Shown here in pieces: positions 40,393 to 50,856 of a stretch of 64,000 bases of DNA (positions are counted from its first letter, which is position 1; every line of letters starts with the position of its first letter). The position numbers and the translations under genes are program-made. Source of the stretch: Gammaproteobacteria bacterium (GTDB taxonomy: Bacteria; Pseudomonadota; Gammaproteobacteria; Eutrophobiales; Eutrophobiaceae); assembly GCA_965221695.1 (NCBI GenBank), contig OZ244905.1, positions 2,912,001 through 2,976,000 on the forward strand. Reading direction: 5' to 3'. Under the pieces are notes generated by a model. It was not told where the DNA came from. It saw only the letters and a list, made by a program, of their open reading frames with translations, and ran no database searches.

Positions 40393-41375
40393 AACTGTAT
40401 GCGACCCCCTCGGCGGAAAATCTGCCGGGATATAAAGCGCAACCTGCTTCCGGAAATAGCATAAACGGTCGGGGTTTGAAGGAAAAAGTGCGCCCCAGGC
40501 GGGTGTTCCACGCGCCGTGGAAGAGGGAACTGCCCTGGACCGGCATGAATGACTTTTTCCTGATGAACAACACCTGGTCGATAATGATACAGGCTCTTAA
40601 GAACCGGTGGTTGATGCGGCGTTGCGCCGGGCCGGTCGCAAAACGCCGGATTGAAGCTAATGATCCTGATGAAATGGCCCGGCAGATAAAGCGGAAAGCC
40701 AAGGAGTTGGGCGCAGGGATCGTAGGAATTACCGAAATGGAACCCAATGATCTGTATGAGGACATGGAATTGAAGTACCGGTATGCCATTTGTATCGGCA
40801 TCCCCATGCGCCGGGAGGAAATGCTGCACGTGCCCCACAAACGCGCCGGGCTGGAGGTCCAGCGCGTCTATGGAGAGGTGGCCAGGGTGTCCGTTGAACT
40901 AGCGGAATACATACGCGCCATGGGCTGGCCAGCCTATGCCTACGGCGACCCGCGCAGCACGGAGGCGTTGCAGATACCTATGGCGATTCGCGCCGGGCTG
41001 GGCCAGCTTGGGAAGCACGGTTCGATGATCTCGAAAGAATACGGTTCCAACTTCCGTCTGTCTGCTGTCGGCACGGACCTCCCGCTCAGGCTGGACAGTC
41101 CTATCGATATCGGGGTGGATGACCTGTGCCTGGGCTGCCGGCGCTGTACGATCGATTGTCCGCCCGACGCCATTCTTGATGAGAAGCAGTGGGTGCGCGG
41201 CGAATACCGCTGGTATGTGGATTTCGATAAATGCGTGCCTTATTTCACGACGACGTATGGTTGCGCAATCTGCATAGAAGTCTGCCCCTGGTCGGAGCCA
41301 GGTCGTGGCCCGAAGCTGTCGCAGTTGCTGCTGGCGAAGCGAAATAAAACAGCGAGCGCAACCACAGTGGGGTGA
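40389..41375 (+). CDS. reductive dehalogenase-like cobalamin/2x4Fe-4S protein (short, no Tat signal)
   Basis: IKRKAKELGAGIVGI, LAEYIRAMGWPA, AGLGQLGKHG, TDLPL..D.PIDIG, CLGCRRCTIDCP, KC-x9-CAICIEVCPW. Confidence 0.78.
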   Translation: MKLYATPSAENLPGYKAQPASGNSINGRGLKEKVRPRRVFHAPWKRELPWTGMNDFFLMNNTWSIMIQALKNRWLMRRCAGPVAKRRIEANDPDEMARQIKRKAKELGAGIVGITEMEPNDLYEDMELKYRYAICIGIPMRREEMLHVPHKRAGLEVQRVYGEVARVSVELAEYIRAMGWPAYAYGDPRSTEALQIPMAIRAGLGQLGKHGSMISKEYGSNFRLSAVGTDLPLRLDSPIDIGVDDLCLGCRRCTIDCPPDAILDEKQWVRGEYRWYVDFDKCVPYFTTTYGCAICIEVCPWSEPGRGPKLSQLLLAKRNKTASATTVG

Positions 41376-41576
41376 CTCAGGGAAGCTCTGAATTAATCTT
41401 TCGGGGGTTGCTTGGAAGCGCGTCTTACCGGGCTTGATCCCATATATTATTTTCCGTGATATCAGGTTATTGGTTTTGTTGATTGGCATACCGCTCCCCG
41501 GTTAACTAAAGTTATCTATGGATATATCCGTCCCAAGTGTGGCGGGTACTGCGCGAAATCAGCCTGGGGGTCATCA

Positions 41577-43742
41577 ATGAAGCTTCAGTCACATGTTTTC
41601 AGTGTCATAATTGCGGTTCTGACCTTGTTCATCTCAATGGATTCTTCTGCGGCGGTACTTGAGGAGATTATTGTTACCGCACAGAAACGGGAGCAGAACC
41701 TGCAAAACGTCGGTATCTCGATCACCGCCCTCAGCGGCGATCAGATGCGCAAATTCGAGTTCAACAACAGCACGGAGGTAGTACAGCAGATTCCGGGCGT
41801 GACGAATTTTTCCACTCAGGGCAGGGGCGCTGCGGCGTTCACCTACATAAGAGGCATCGGGCAGAATGACTTCGGTGATGCGCACGAGTCGCCCGTGGTC
41901 GGATATAACGATGAGTTTTACCTGTTACCGCAGACCGCAATCGATTTCGGGTTGTTTGACCTGGACAGGGTGGAAGTCTTGCGCGGCCCGCAAGGGACCT
42001 TGTTCGGGCGCAATACCACGGGCGGATTGATGCATTATGTGACCAGTAAACCAACCGACGAATTCAACGGTTTTCTTGACGCCACTTATGCTTCCTATGA
42101 CGAAGTCGTCGTGGAAGGCGCGATCGGCGGCCCGCTCGGCGAAAACGTGTCGGCGCGGGTTGCCGGACTGTTTCACGAGGCCGATGGATATATCAAGAAC
42201 AGAGGGCCGTTTCCGGACGGTTCCGATGCCGGCGCCTGGGCGCTACGCGGCCAACTTGCGTTTGAACCGACTGATACGTTCAAGCTTCTGGCCAAGGTTC
42301 AATACGGGGAGAGAGACGTGATACCCCTCTACACGGATCATGAAATTGTCTCATTCGACCCGGCTACCGGACTTGCCTCCCTGAATCCAGAGGGGGTTGA
42401 TATTCTTGGGTATTCCGAAAGCCAGCGCGGTGTCGAGGAGCCAAGAGAAGTCTGGACTGACAACCCGCAAGACCTGGAATCCGAGTCGTTTCATTCTCTG
42501 TTACGCGCCGAATGGGACCTCGGGGCGGTGACGTTGACCTCACTCACAGGCTACCTGTACCTGACCCGTGACAACGTGGAGGACTGTGACGGCTCCATCA
42601 ATGATCTCTGTACGGCTGCGTTTCCCTATGACAACGAACATATTACCCAGGAGCTGAGGATTGCGGGGGAAACCGGGCAGTTCAGGTGGACCACCGGGGT
42701 TTATTATTTATACCAGGACGCAGAGGCTCATCCATCTGCTTCGTTGATCGGAGGCGTAGTGACGTTTGATGCGCCATGGGAACTGGAAACGGAGTCCATC
42801 TCGGTATTCGGGCAAGCCGAGATCAGTCTGCATGAAGACTGGACGCTCATCGGTGGCGTGCGTTACACGCATGATGAAAAGAACTTTGAAACGGAAAACC
42901 GCACCAGCGGCGCATTCGCCAACGCGGCAGCCAATTTTACTCAAGAAGCCGTGGGCGACCTGACCAAACGCACAGAAGACCTGGTCTCCGCAAAGATTGA
43001 GTTGGACTGGCGCCCGACGGACGACCTGCTGGTTTACGGGTCTGTGTCCCGCGGCACCAAGGCAGGGGGCTTCAATAACGGGTTTTACAGTATTCCGACT
43101 CCCGATCAGGTGCCGTATGCGGATGAGACCCTGTACGCTTTTGAAATTGGCATCAAGAATACGTTCTATGATGGCCGGGCGCGTTTCAATGCCGCGGCAT
43201 TTTATTACGACTACTCGGATTTTCACACCTATAACTGGAACGGTCTCGGCGGGGCGATTTCGAATTCAGACGCATCATCCTTCGGCGGCGAGATTGAGTT
43301 CAGCGTGACTCCCGTCGAGCGCCTGAATATTTCCGTTGGTATGGCATTGCTCGATTCGGAAATCGAGGATGTGTCAAATGGCGCGATCATACGCGACGTT
43401 GAGATGTCTTTCGCGCCAGCTTTCGATATCACCGGCCTGGTGAGCTATAACTGGCCGGTAGGAAATGGTGAACTGGAGGCTCAATGGAATTTCAATTACA
43501 TGGATAACAGGTACAACAACAACTATAACGAGCCTGCATCTGACCTTGGAGAGAGTTTCGTTACCAATGCGAGGCTTTCCTACCTGACGGCAAACCAGGA
43601 TTGGGAAATCAGTTTCTTTGTGAAAAACATCACGGATGAGACCAACCTGATCAAGATTTTCGTATTCCCGTTCAATTACCGGCAGGCCGTGTATGATCCG
43701 CCGCGCTGGTTCGGAGGGTCGATACGCAGAAACTGGAATTAG
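41577..43742 (+). CDS. TonB-dependent receptor
   Basis: signal peptide, LEEIIVTAQKREQ TonB box, RVEVLRGPQGTLFGRN, C-terminal PRWFG..IRRNW. Confidence 0.95.
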   Translation: MKLQSHVFSVIIAVLTLFISMDSSAAVLEEIIVTAQKREQNLQNVGISITALSGDQMRKFEFNNSTEVVQQIPGVTNFSTQGRGAAAFTYIRGIGQNDFGDAHESPVVGYNDEFYLLPQTAIDFGLFDLDRVEVLRGPQGTLFGRNTTGGLMHYVTSKPTDEFNGFLDATYASYDEVVVEGAIGGPLGENVSARVAGLFHEADGYIKNRGPFPDGSDAGAWALRGQLAFEPTDTFKLLAKVQYGERDVIPLYTDHEIVSFDPATGLASLNPEGVDILGYSESQRGVEEPREVWTDNPQDLESESFHSLLRAEWDLGAVTLTSLTGYLYLTRDNVEDCDGSINDLCTAAFPYDNEHITQELRIAGETGQFRWTTGVYYLYQDAEAHPSASLIGGVVTFDAPWELETESISVFGQAEISLHEDWTLIGGVRYTHDEKNFETENRTSGAFANAAANFTQEAVGDLTKRTEDLVSAKIELDWRPTDDLLVYGSVSRGTKAGGFNNGFYSIPTPDQVPYADETLYAFEIGIKNTFYDGRARFNAAAFYYDYSDFHTYNWNGLGGAISNSDASSFGGEIEFSVTPVERLNISVGMALLDSEIEDVSNGAIIRDVEMSFAPAFDITGLVSYNWPVGNGELEAQWNFNYMDNRYNNNYNEPASDLGESFVTNARLSYLTANQDWEISFFVKNITDETNLIKIFVFPFNYRQAVYDPPRWFGGSIRRNWN

Positions 43743-43873
43743 CCAAGCGCGGCATCAGAATCCGTTGGTGGCGGCCTGGGATCGCAAGCGTGCCGCCTGC
43801 CAGCGGGCAAGACGCCCGTACTCCCAGGGGGATGCCTGCGCTTCCACTTCCGGGGGGTTAAGCTGGAGCTATC

Positions 43874-45649
43874 TTAGCTGCTGCGCAATGTGGCGGTTTC
43901 TGCTGTATCGATAATGCCTTGTTCATTAACCTCGACCCGGTATGTCTCCCGCGCGCGTTGCGGGGATATCCAGCCGCGCTGCACGTCGCGCGCGATCCGG
44001 TCCGGATCACGCGTTCGGGGTGGGCCATAACCGGCGCCGCCGCTGCATATCGAGACGACGCGCTCCCCGGGTTTCACGGTAACCTGTTCATAGGTGCCGA
44101 GCGGCTTTGACAGTTCCCCGTTGAGGTCGCGAACATATTGGCGCGCCAATGAACCGTTTTCGCCCCCTTGAACGCCAATGGCCTCATGATTCGTGCCTTC
44201 ACTTAACCACACCGCGGTCAAATCACCGTCCAATGGACCAAACTCCACCTGCGCGCTCGGCGCTCCACAATAGCGTCCGGCGCCTTCGCTGTCTTGGACG
44301 ATGCGTTCGGAATGGATCAGTACCGGGTATTTCATTTCCAGTATCTCGATGCTGTCCCGGCGCAGGAAGCCGGCTGCGCCAAGGCCGAGGATAGTCAACC
44401 AACCGTCCGCGACGGGACCGGCAGCGCCGCCGGTGAAACCGAGCCAGAGTTGGTTGACGAAAGGTCCGCGTCCGGGGCGGTTGTCGATGCCGGATATCAC
44501 CGCCGTGGAAGCCGGCGAAGCCTTGCCGGTCGCCGCCATGCCGTGGCCATCGCCCAGTCCGGCAATGGCGCGTACCACGCAGTTGGCGAGCAATTCGGAG
44601 AGGTTGGTCGTCGCCACCGAGCAACTGTACGGGTGTACCGGAATACCCACCACACAGTTCTCGCGTAAGCGCACGCGTAGGCGGCGAAAACTGCCGGCAT
44701 TTGACGGAACCACGGAGCCAAGCCCGGTGAACACGCCCATCATTGCCGCGGTACGCGCGGTCGCTTCGGTAAGATTCAGGCCGCACGGCTGGCAATCCGG
44801 GTTATCGGTCAGGTCAACCTCAATGAGCGCCGCATCACGATCGACCTTGACGCGTGCGTTCACTTCAATCCCATCGGGTAGCGCTCCGGGTATCGGATCA
44901 TGCCAGGCTGATGTCCTGACCTCGCCTGATGGCAGGCGTCTGACAGCATCAATCATCATGCGTTCGCTGTAATCGAACCATTCGCGGGGATATGCGGCCA
45001 GCGCTTCCCCGTCCATCTCCAGCAACAGGTCGAGAAGTTTTCGCTCGCCGATCCTGGCAGCGCCGAGCAAGGCCAGGAAGTCGCCATGCCATAGTTCGGG
45101 CACGCGAATCCGGACCTGGGCCATGCGCAGCACATCCTCGCGGTCCTGATAGTCTTCTTGTACTTTTACACATGGAAAAATGAGAGCGCCCTCTTCGTAC
45201 ACATCCCTGGCGGCTGCGGAATAAGTCGTGGGCACCGAATTTCCGCAATCGGCTAAATGAGCTTTGGCGATAACGGTGAACCTGTGCCGGCCGGAGTCAT
45301 CCACGACGGGAACGAGTATGGTCCAGTCGGCGGCATGTGAATTTCCGTGGTAGGGCGAGTTGTGCAGGAAAGCATCGCCGCGCCGAGGTTCAGGGTTGAA
45401 GCGCACCATCCATTGCGCCATCAGGTCCGGGCCACTCATCACATGGATCGGCAGGCTCTCGGCCATGGCCAGCATCTCGTGTTCGGCAGTGAGGATACAG
45501 CAGGAAAAATCCCGCGCGGTGTTGAGGATGGCAGAACGGGCGGTACGCAATAAGGTATTGGTCATCGCCCGCACAATTCCGTCGAAACGGTTGTTCAACA
45601 GTGCAAGCTTGTGCCCGTCCAGCGTGTGTGTGTTTGCGTTGTGTTTCAT
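43874..45649 (-). CDS. hydantoinase B/oxoprolinase family protein
   Basis: RTARSAIL..ARDFSC, NSPYHGNSHAAD, AHLADCG, DSEGAGR, GGAGYG.P..RD. Confidence 0.93.
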   Translation of the reverse strand: MKHNANTHTLDGHKLALLNNRFDGIVRAMTNTLLRTARSAILNTARDFSCCILTAEHEMLAMAESLPIHVMSGPDLMAQWMVRFNPEPRRGDAFLHNSPYHGNSHAADWTILVPVVDDSGRHRFTVIAKAHLADCGNSVPTTYSAAARDVYEEGALIFPCVKVQEDYQDREDVLRMAQVRIRVPELWHGDFLALLGAARIGERKLLDLLLEMDGEALAAYPREWFDYSERMMIDAVRRLPSGEVRTSAWHDPIPGALPDGIEVNARVKVDRDAALIEVDLTDNPDCQPCGLNLTEATARTAAMMGVFTGLGSVVPSNAGSFRRLRVRLRENCVVGIPVHPYSCSVATTNLSELLANCVVRAIAGLGDGHGMAATGKASPASTAVISGIDNRPGRGPFVNQLWLGFTGGAAGPVADGWLTILGLGAAGFLRRDSIEILEMKYPVLIHSERIVQDSEGAGRYCGAPSAQVEFGPLDGDLTAVWLSEGTNHEAIGVQGGENGSLARQYVRDLNGELSKPLGTYEQVTVKPGERVVSICSGGAGYGPPRTRDPDRIARDVQRGWISPQRARETYRVEVNEQGIIDTAETATLRSS

Positions 45650-45652
45650 GAT

Positions 45653-47743
45653 TCAATTCCCTCGCGGGTTGACCAGCAAGGAGTCGTTGGCGCTGAGTGC
45701 AACTTCAGATCCGGAATCGACAACGAGCGTGGTCACCGGTGATTCGACCAGTAACGGGCCCCCATAGCGTCGTCCGATTTCCAGGTTGCGCGCTTGATAG
45801 ACTGGGGTATCGACTGTTCCCAGCTCCGGGAAATATGCCTTACGCGTGCCGTCTGCTCTACTCCTTCCCGGAGCCGAAGGCGGTTGTATCTTATCCGGAT
45901 CCTGCAGAGAGCAACTGACCCGCGCCACCCAAGTCAATACTTCCACATCCGAAGCCGTGTCGCGTACCGCGAACAGCGCGTCATGCGTGTCGTGAAAGCT
46001 GTCTACCAGGGCGGCGACATCCGCATCGGACCTGAATTCGGCGCGCGCCAGGGGCACTTCAATTTCCCATACCTGTTCCTGGTAGCGCGCTTCCACAGAG
46101 AAATTGATCTCGGAACGGATCGAACCGGCGCCGGGACCGTTACAGAAATTGCTGCACTGCTTCTGGAGACCGGCAAGCACCGTGTTTGCGCGTTTGCGGT
46201 CGAAGACCCGGGTGGACATGAGTTCGGTTGCGGTGAAGGTGGCGCGCAGGTCCGACAACAACGCGCCGGTTGCGCTGAGCGCGGCGGACGCACTAGGTAT
46301 CAGCGCCGGCCAGCAACCAAGACGGTGGGCGATGCCGGCGCAGTACAGTCCGCCGCCGCCACCTCCAACGATTAGTAGGCCCTGGCGCGGGTCTATCCCC
46401 TTGTTCAGGGTAATTTCTTCGATCGCAGTGACCATTCGCTCCGTTGCCAGGGTCAGAATCGCAGAAGCGGCCTCGTTAAGGTCTAGCCCCAGGGGCTTGG
46501 CGACATGTCGCTGAATCACATCGGTAGCCGGTTCTACGGCAACATCGATCTCACCGCCCAGGAAATAGTCGGGGTCTATGTAACCCAACGCCAGGCAGGC
46601 ATCGGTTACCGTTGGACGCTCACCACCACGCTGGTAGCAAGCCGGGCCGGGATCCGCCCCGGCGCTGATTGGACCGACATGAAGCATGCCGCCTGAATCG
46701 ACCCAGGCTATGCTACCTCCACCGGCGCCGACGCTGCGCACATCCACAGACGGGAAGCCGGTAATATAGCCGGCAGTCTGGTCACCAACCATGGTTTCGC
46801 GTGTGGTCGGGATCTCGCCACCACGCAACACGCTGACATCAAACGTGGTGCCGCCGGCGTCGGTGACTATGGCGGTCATCGCGCCGCCATCCAGCGCAGC
46901 GAAATGCCGGCCGGCCACCGGCGCCCCGGCCGGGCCCGAGCCTATCGAGTGTATCGGGGTTTCAGCGACATGTTCGGCGTCCAACACGCCGCCGGATGAA
47001 GTCATGATCAGCAATCGCCCATGGAAGCCGCTTGACTGAAGCTTCTGTTTGAGATGGCGGAAAAAACGGCTCATCAACGGCTTCAGTGAGGCGTCGATGG
47101 ATGTCGATGAGGCGCGTCTGAACTCGCGTACCGACGGGTTGAGGCGGTTCGAAAGAGTGTAGGGCACGCCGGGTAGTTCCTGCTCCAGTAACTCGCCGAT
47201 GCGGCTTTCATGATTATTGTTGATCATCGACCAGAGCAGGCATACGGCAACTGCGTCCACTTTCGCCGCGCGTAATTGTGCCATGACCTCCATACTCTGT
47301 TTCTCATCCAGCGCGGTGAGTACCTCTCCTGATGAGGAAAGGCGCTCGCGGATCTCAAACGTCAACGATCTTGGAATGTAAGGATCCGGGAACTCCTGGC
47401 TGTAGTCAAACAGGGCGCTTCGCCCGCCGCCCTCGCGTAATAACAGGATATCCGGATGGCCCTCGGTGACAAGCAATGCAGTGCGAGCGGCGCTGCCAGT
47501 GATGATGGAGTTGGTTGCCAGGGTCGTGCCGAATACGAACAGGTCGCTTCTCCCCAGCAATTCCGCTATGGAGGAACCGAAGTCAGTTGCCGCCGCGCCC
47601 AGTGTATCGAACAGGCCGATAACAGGATCGTGTGGCGTGGTGGGACGCTTGTACAAACGGGCCGCGCCATCGGCGCTGTTGACGATAAGGTCAGTAAACG
47701 TGCCGCCGGTGTCTGCTGCGAATGTCAGACGTGGTTCGTTCAT
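45653..47743 (-). CDS. hydantoinase A/oxoprolinase family protein (ATP-binding subunit)
   Basis: DTGGTFTD, GTTLATN, SGPAGA, DAGGTTFDV, GAGGGSIA, SAGADPGPACY. Confidence 0.94.
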   Translation of the reverse strand: MNEPRLTFAADTGGTFTDLIVNSADGAARLYKRPTTPHDPVIGLFDTLGAAATDFGSSIAELLGRSDLFVFGTTLATNSIITGSAARTALLVTEGHPDILLLREGGGRSALFDYSQEFPDPYIPRSLTFEIRERLSSSGEVLTALDEKQSMEVMAQLRAAKVDAVAVCLLWSMINNNHESRIGELLEQELPGVPYTLSNRLNPSVREFRRASSTSIDASLKPLMSRFFRHLKQKLQSSGFHGRLLIMTSSGGVLDAEHVAETPIHSIGSGPAGAPVAGRHFAALDGGAMTAIVTDAGGTTFDVSVLRGGEIPTTRETMVGDQTAGYITGFPSVDVRSVGAGGGSIAWVDSGGMLHVGPISAGADPGPACYQRGGERPTVTDACLALGYIDPDYFLGGEIDVAVEPATDVIQRHVAKPLGLDLNEAASAILTLATERMVTAIEEITLNKGIDPRQGLLIVGGGGGGLYCAGIAHRLGCWPALIPSASAALSATGALLSDLRATFTATELMSTRVFDRKRANTVLAGLQKQCSNFCNGPGAGSIRSEINFSVEARYQEQVWEIEVPLARAEFRSDADVAALVDSFHDTHDALFAVRDTASDVEVLTWVARVSCSLQDPDKIQPPSAPGRSRADGTRKAYFPELGTVDTPVYQARNLEIGRRYGGPLLVESPVTTLVVDSGSEVALSANDSLLVNPRGN

Positions 47744-47747
47744 AGCA

Positions 47748-48473
47748 TCACAACTCGGCCTGGTGACATAGATGCAGTTCGGGTATGACGGTATCCGGAC
47801 CCTGGCGCAGGCAGAAGGCGACCGCGCGCGCCACCGCGTCGGGATTCAGCCAGCCGCGCTCAGGATCCCATTGCTCTGACTCTCTTGCCATCGGCGTTTC
47901 CGCGCGTCCCGGTGTGATCGCGGTGACCCTGATTGAGGTGTTCTTCAGATCCTGGGCCGTGGAATGGGCAAGACCCAGGATGCCCCACTTACTGGCGCTG
48001 TAGGCGCAACTGTGCAGAGCGCCGCGCCTTCCCGCAATGGAGGAGATGAAGATCAGTCGGCCCTCATCATGCTCCAGCATGGTTTGCCGCAGCGTTTCCC
48101 GGGCGCAAAGAAATTCGCCGCGCAGGTTGACGGTCATGATTCTGTCCCAGGTTTCTGCGCTGGTCTCCCATACTGGCGCTACCATCCGGATACCGGCGTT
48201 GTTCACCAGTGCGTGAATGCGGCCGAATGTTGCCACCGTTTGTCCGACGGCGTCGACCACATCCTGCTCAGAGGCGACATTTGCGCGCAATGGCAGAGTT
48301 GTCACGCCGTGCCGGTTTTCCAGCTCTTCCAGCGCTGCCGCCAGTTCTTCATTGCGGGTGTCCAGGCCCGCAATTGTCATTCCTGCGCGCGCAAGTTCTG
48401 CCGCGATATGCAGGCCGAGACCGCGTGCGGCGCCGGTGATCAGCGCGACTTGTCCAGTCAGATCGACCATCAC
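47748..48473 (-). CDS. short-chain dehydrogenase/reductase
   Basis: TGAARGLG, NNAG, YSASK. Confidence 0.93.
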   Translation of the reverse strand: MMVDLTGQVALITGAARGLGLHIAAELARAGMTIAGLDTRNEELAAALEELENRHGVTTLPLRANVASEQDVVDAVGQTVATFGRIHALVNNAGIRMVAPVWETSAETWDRIMTVNLRGEFLCARETLRQTMLEHDEGRLIFISSIAGRRGALHSCAYSASKWGILGLAHSTAQDLKNTSIRVTAITPGRAETPMARESEQWDPERGWLNPDAVARAVAFCLRQGPDTVIPELHLCHQAEL

Positions 48474-48811
48474 GGCAACCCCAGGTCGGAGAGCGGGCGA
48501 CCCATGCGCACATCAACCTTAATATATTTAAAGAGAGGTTGCTCACCATACCGGAACTGATCGACGACTTCAGTCATGACCTCATGGTTGGGCGCATCAC
48601 ACATAACATAAAATGTCCACGGATAGCCAAATGTTGGTCCAATCTGAATTTGGTCGTCGTCCATTGATGAGAGCACTTCTATACCGTAGCGCTCCTTCCA
48701 TCCGCCGAACACTTCCCGACATTTGTCGAACACAGACCTGCGTTCATCGGCGGTGGCCTCAAAGAATGCCGGCTGTACCCCGGCGCATACCAGTACTCGT
48801 ATCATTGCCAT
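48470..48811 (-). CDS. IacB-like protein
   Basis: RVLVC.GV...FF, MDDDQIQIGP..GYPWTFY, KVDVRMGRPL resemble indole-3-acetate catabolism protein IacB as I recall it. Confidence 0.72.
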   Translation of the reverse strand: MAMIRVLVCAGVQPAFFEATADERRSVFDKCREVFGGWKERYGIEVLSSMDDDQIQIGPTFGYPWTFYVMCDAPNHEVMTEVVDQFRYGEQPLFKYIKVDVRMGRPLSDLGLP

Positions 48812-48843
48812 TCCCCATCATCAGGTTCGTTCAAATAATCGGG

Positions 48844-49125
48844 TCAATACCGATAAGCGATTATCAATGCAATCACAGTGACGCTGATTATGGCGCTCAG
48901 CGTCATGCAGATCATCAATACGGCGCTGCGTTTGAAATAGCCCTCCGCGGCGAAAGCGGCTTGTACCGCCGCGTAAATGATGAACATCTGGATTGCCAGT
49001 CCCTCGGTCACCTGGGTCTGTATCAGTCTGATCAACTGCGGAAGCATTGCCGACACATTCACTATTCCCATAGTCCAGATGATGATCGGCCAGTGTATCC
49101 GTTTTGCAAACTCTTCTCGTGTCAT
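48844..49125 (-). CDS. SemiSWEET/PQ-loop family small transporter
   Basis: 93 aa, three TM helices, MLPQLIR..QT..TEGL motif. Confidence 0.75.
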   Translation of the reverse strand: MTREEFAKRIHWPIIIWTMGIVNVSAMLPQLIRLIQTQVTEGLAIQMFIIYAAVQAAFAAEGYFKRSAVLMICMTLSAIISVTVIALIIAYRY

Positions 49126-50717
49126 GTTCTGCCTCCTCTCAAGTTTGTAAGGTCACGATCCCAAGTCGTCGGGCTTACTCCCCACTCCCTGAGCATATAC
49201 TTTTTTACTTTTCCATTCTCGGTCATTGGCAGTTGCTGCACGAATTCCAGGTAACGCGGAATGGCAAACCGGGCAATCTTGTCATTAAGGAACCGGATTA
49301 CCATGTCCGGTTCCAACCTGCGGCCGTCACGCGTAACGAGGAATGCCATGACGTCTTCCTCGCCCACTTCCGCAGGGACACCGACAACGGCGGCATTCTC
49401 TACATCCGGGTGGGACAGCATCGCCTGTTCGACTTCCCAGGAGGAGATATTTTCGCCGCGCCGCCTGATGGCGTCTTTGATGCGGTCGAGATAGTGGTAA
49501 AGACCCTGTTCGTCTTGCATCACCCGGTCCCCGGTATGGAACCAGAGATTGCGCCAGGCGGATACTGTTGCGTCGGGATTGCCAAAATAGCCATTGGCCA
49601 TGCTGAACGGTTCGGTAGCGCGAACCAGCAATTCTCCAGGCGTGCCGGCAGGAACTTCAGAGTCGTTTTCATCGACTATGCGCGCCTCGAAACCGGGGAC
49701 AACACGACCCATGGTCCCAGGCGCATAGCCGCCTACCGTGTTCGACATGACCAGGTTAGTCTCGGTCGAACCGTAACCATCAATGCAGCGAACGCCAAAG
49801 CGTTGCCGGAATTGTTCCACATGTTCCGCCGGTGTTGCCGGCGACAAGCAGACGCGTATCTGATGCGCCTGGTCTGCAGGTTCGGGCGCTTGTTTGAGCA
49901 GGATGTGCGCCATGGCTCCCAGCAGATAGGTGACCGTCGCGTCTGCTTGTCTTGCCTGGATCCAGAACCTGGAAGCGGAGAACCTCCGCTCAAACGCGTA
50001 AGTCGCGCCGGCCAACAGCGCTTGCCAGATCGTATTCAGGGCATTGGTATGGAAGAACGGCAAGGTAGTGAACAAAACATCATCTGAAGTGACCTCCAAG
50101 GCTTCGCCTGTCAGCGCGCCCCACCAGAAGAACTGAGCATGAGGGCAGTTGACGCCCTTGGATGGGCCGCTGGTGCCTGAAGTAAACAGGATTGCCAGCG
50201 TGTCTCCGGGTCGCGCTGCATGGGCGGCAAGAGAAGAGCTATGCACTGGCGCGGGGCCAGCCTTCAGGCTATGTTGCGTGCCCGCGATGCTGGCGTAATC
50301 GGCAATCCGAACCTCTGATGACGGTACAATTTCCGGGTCAGCCGGGTACGCAAGCAGTTCCTGTTCGGTGATGATGAGCGCAGGGTCAACCAGGGACAGG
50401 GCGTGGCGAAGCTGTGCGCCACGAAACGCGGTATTGACAGGCGCCAGAACTGCGCCCAGCCAGGCTGCGCCGAACCAAAGCTCGATAAAATCCGTACTGT
50501 TCGACATGAACGCGACGATCCGGTCGCCGGCCTTTATCCCGGCAGCCGCTAGCTGTCCCGCGCAGCGCGCAGCGACTTCCGGCGCCTCGGCATAGGTGAT
50601 TGAACGAGAGGTAGAAGCAATCAACAGCTTGCTCTTGTAACGGACTGACTGGCGCTTGAGGAGCTCGGGCATTGTCCGACTCGCGTAGGGAAATGCTCTG
50701 GCCTCTTGAATGCTCAA
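49122..50717 (-). CDS. ATP-dependent acyl-CoA ligase (CaiC-like)
   Basis: FTSGTSGPSKG, YGSTE, WFHTGD, RRRGENISSWEVE, TENGKVKK. Confidence 0.92.
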   Translation of the reverse strand: MSIQEARAFPYASRTMPELLKRQSVRYKSKLLIASTSRSITYAEAPEVAARCAGQLAAAGIKAGDRIVAFMSNSTDFIELWFGAAWLGAVLAPVNTAFRGAQLRHALSLVDPALIITEQELLAYPADPEIVPSSEVRIADYASIAGTQHSLKAGPAPVHSSSLAAHAARPGDTLAILFTSGTSGPSKGVNCPHAQFFWWGALTGEALEVTSDDVLFTTLPFFHTNALNTIWQALLAGATYAFERRFSASRFWIQARQADATVTYLLGAMAHILLKQAPEPADQAHQIRVCLSPATPAEHVEQFRQRFGVRCIDGYGSTETNLVMSNTVGGYAPGTMGRVVPGFEARIVDENDSEVPAGTPGELLVRATEPFSMANGYFGNPDATVSAWRNLWFHTGDRVMQDEQGLYHYLDRIKDAIRRRGENISSWEVEQAMLSHPDVENAAVVGVPAEVGEEDVMAFLVTRDGRRLEPDMVIRFLNDKIARFAIPRYLEFVQQLPMTENGKVKKYMLREWGVSPTTWDRDLTNLRGGRT

Positions 50718-50779
50718 ACAATCTGCTCCTCATTGCAGTGAGTTCTTAGGAAACTAACAATCATGAGGACGACATTCTA

Positions 50780-50794
50780 ATCATAATTAATGAT
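50780..50794. promoter_or_regulatory. putative LysR operator (ATC-N9-GAT palindrome)
   Basis: ATCAT-AATTA-ATGAT about 60 bp upstream of the CoA ligase start; fits T-N11-A. Confidence 0.5.
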
Positions 50795-50856
50795 ATTGAA
50801 TCATCATGAAAAACTATCTTATAACAAGACATTCCGTTAATCATGCTCTCCCCGTA

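Noticed and set aside
40389-41375. Epoxyqueuosine reductase QueG
   Set aside because: It lacks the QueG DYH motif and N-terminal features; motif spacing and catabolic context fit the RdhA-like branch better. This needs HMM confirmation.
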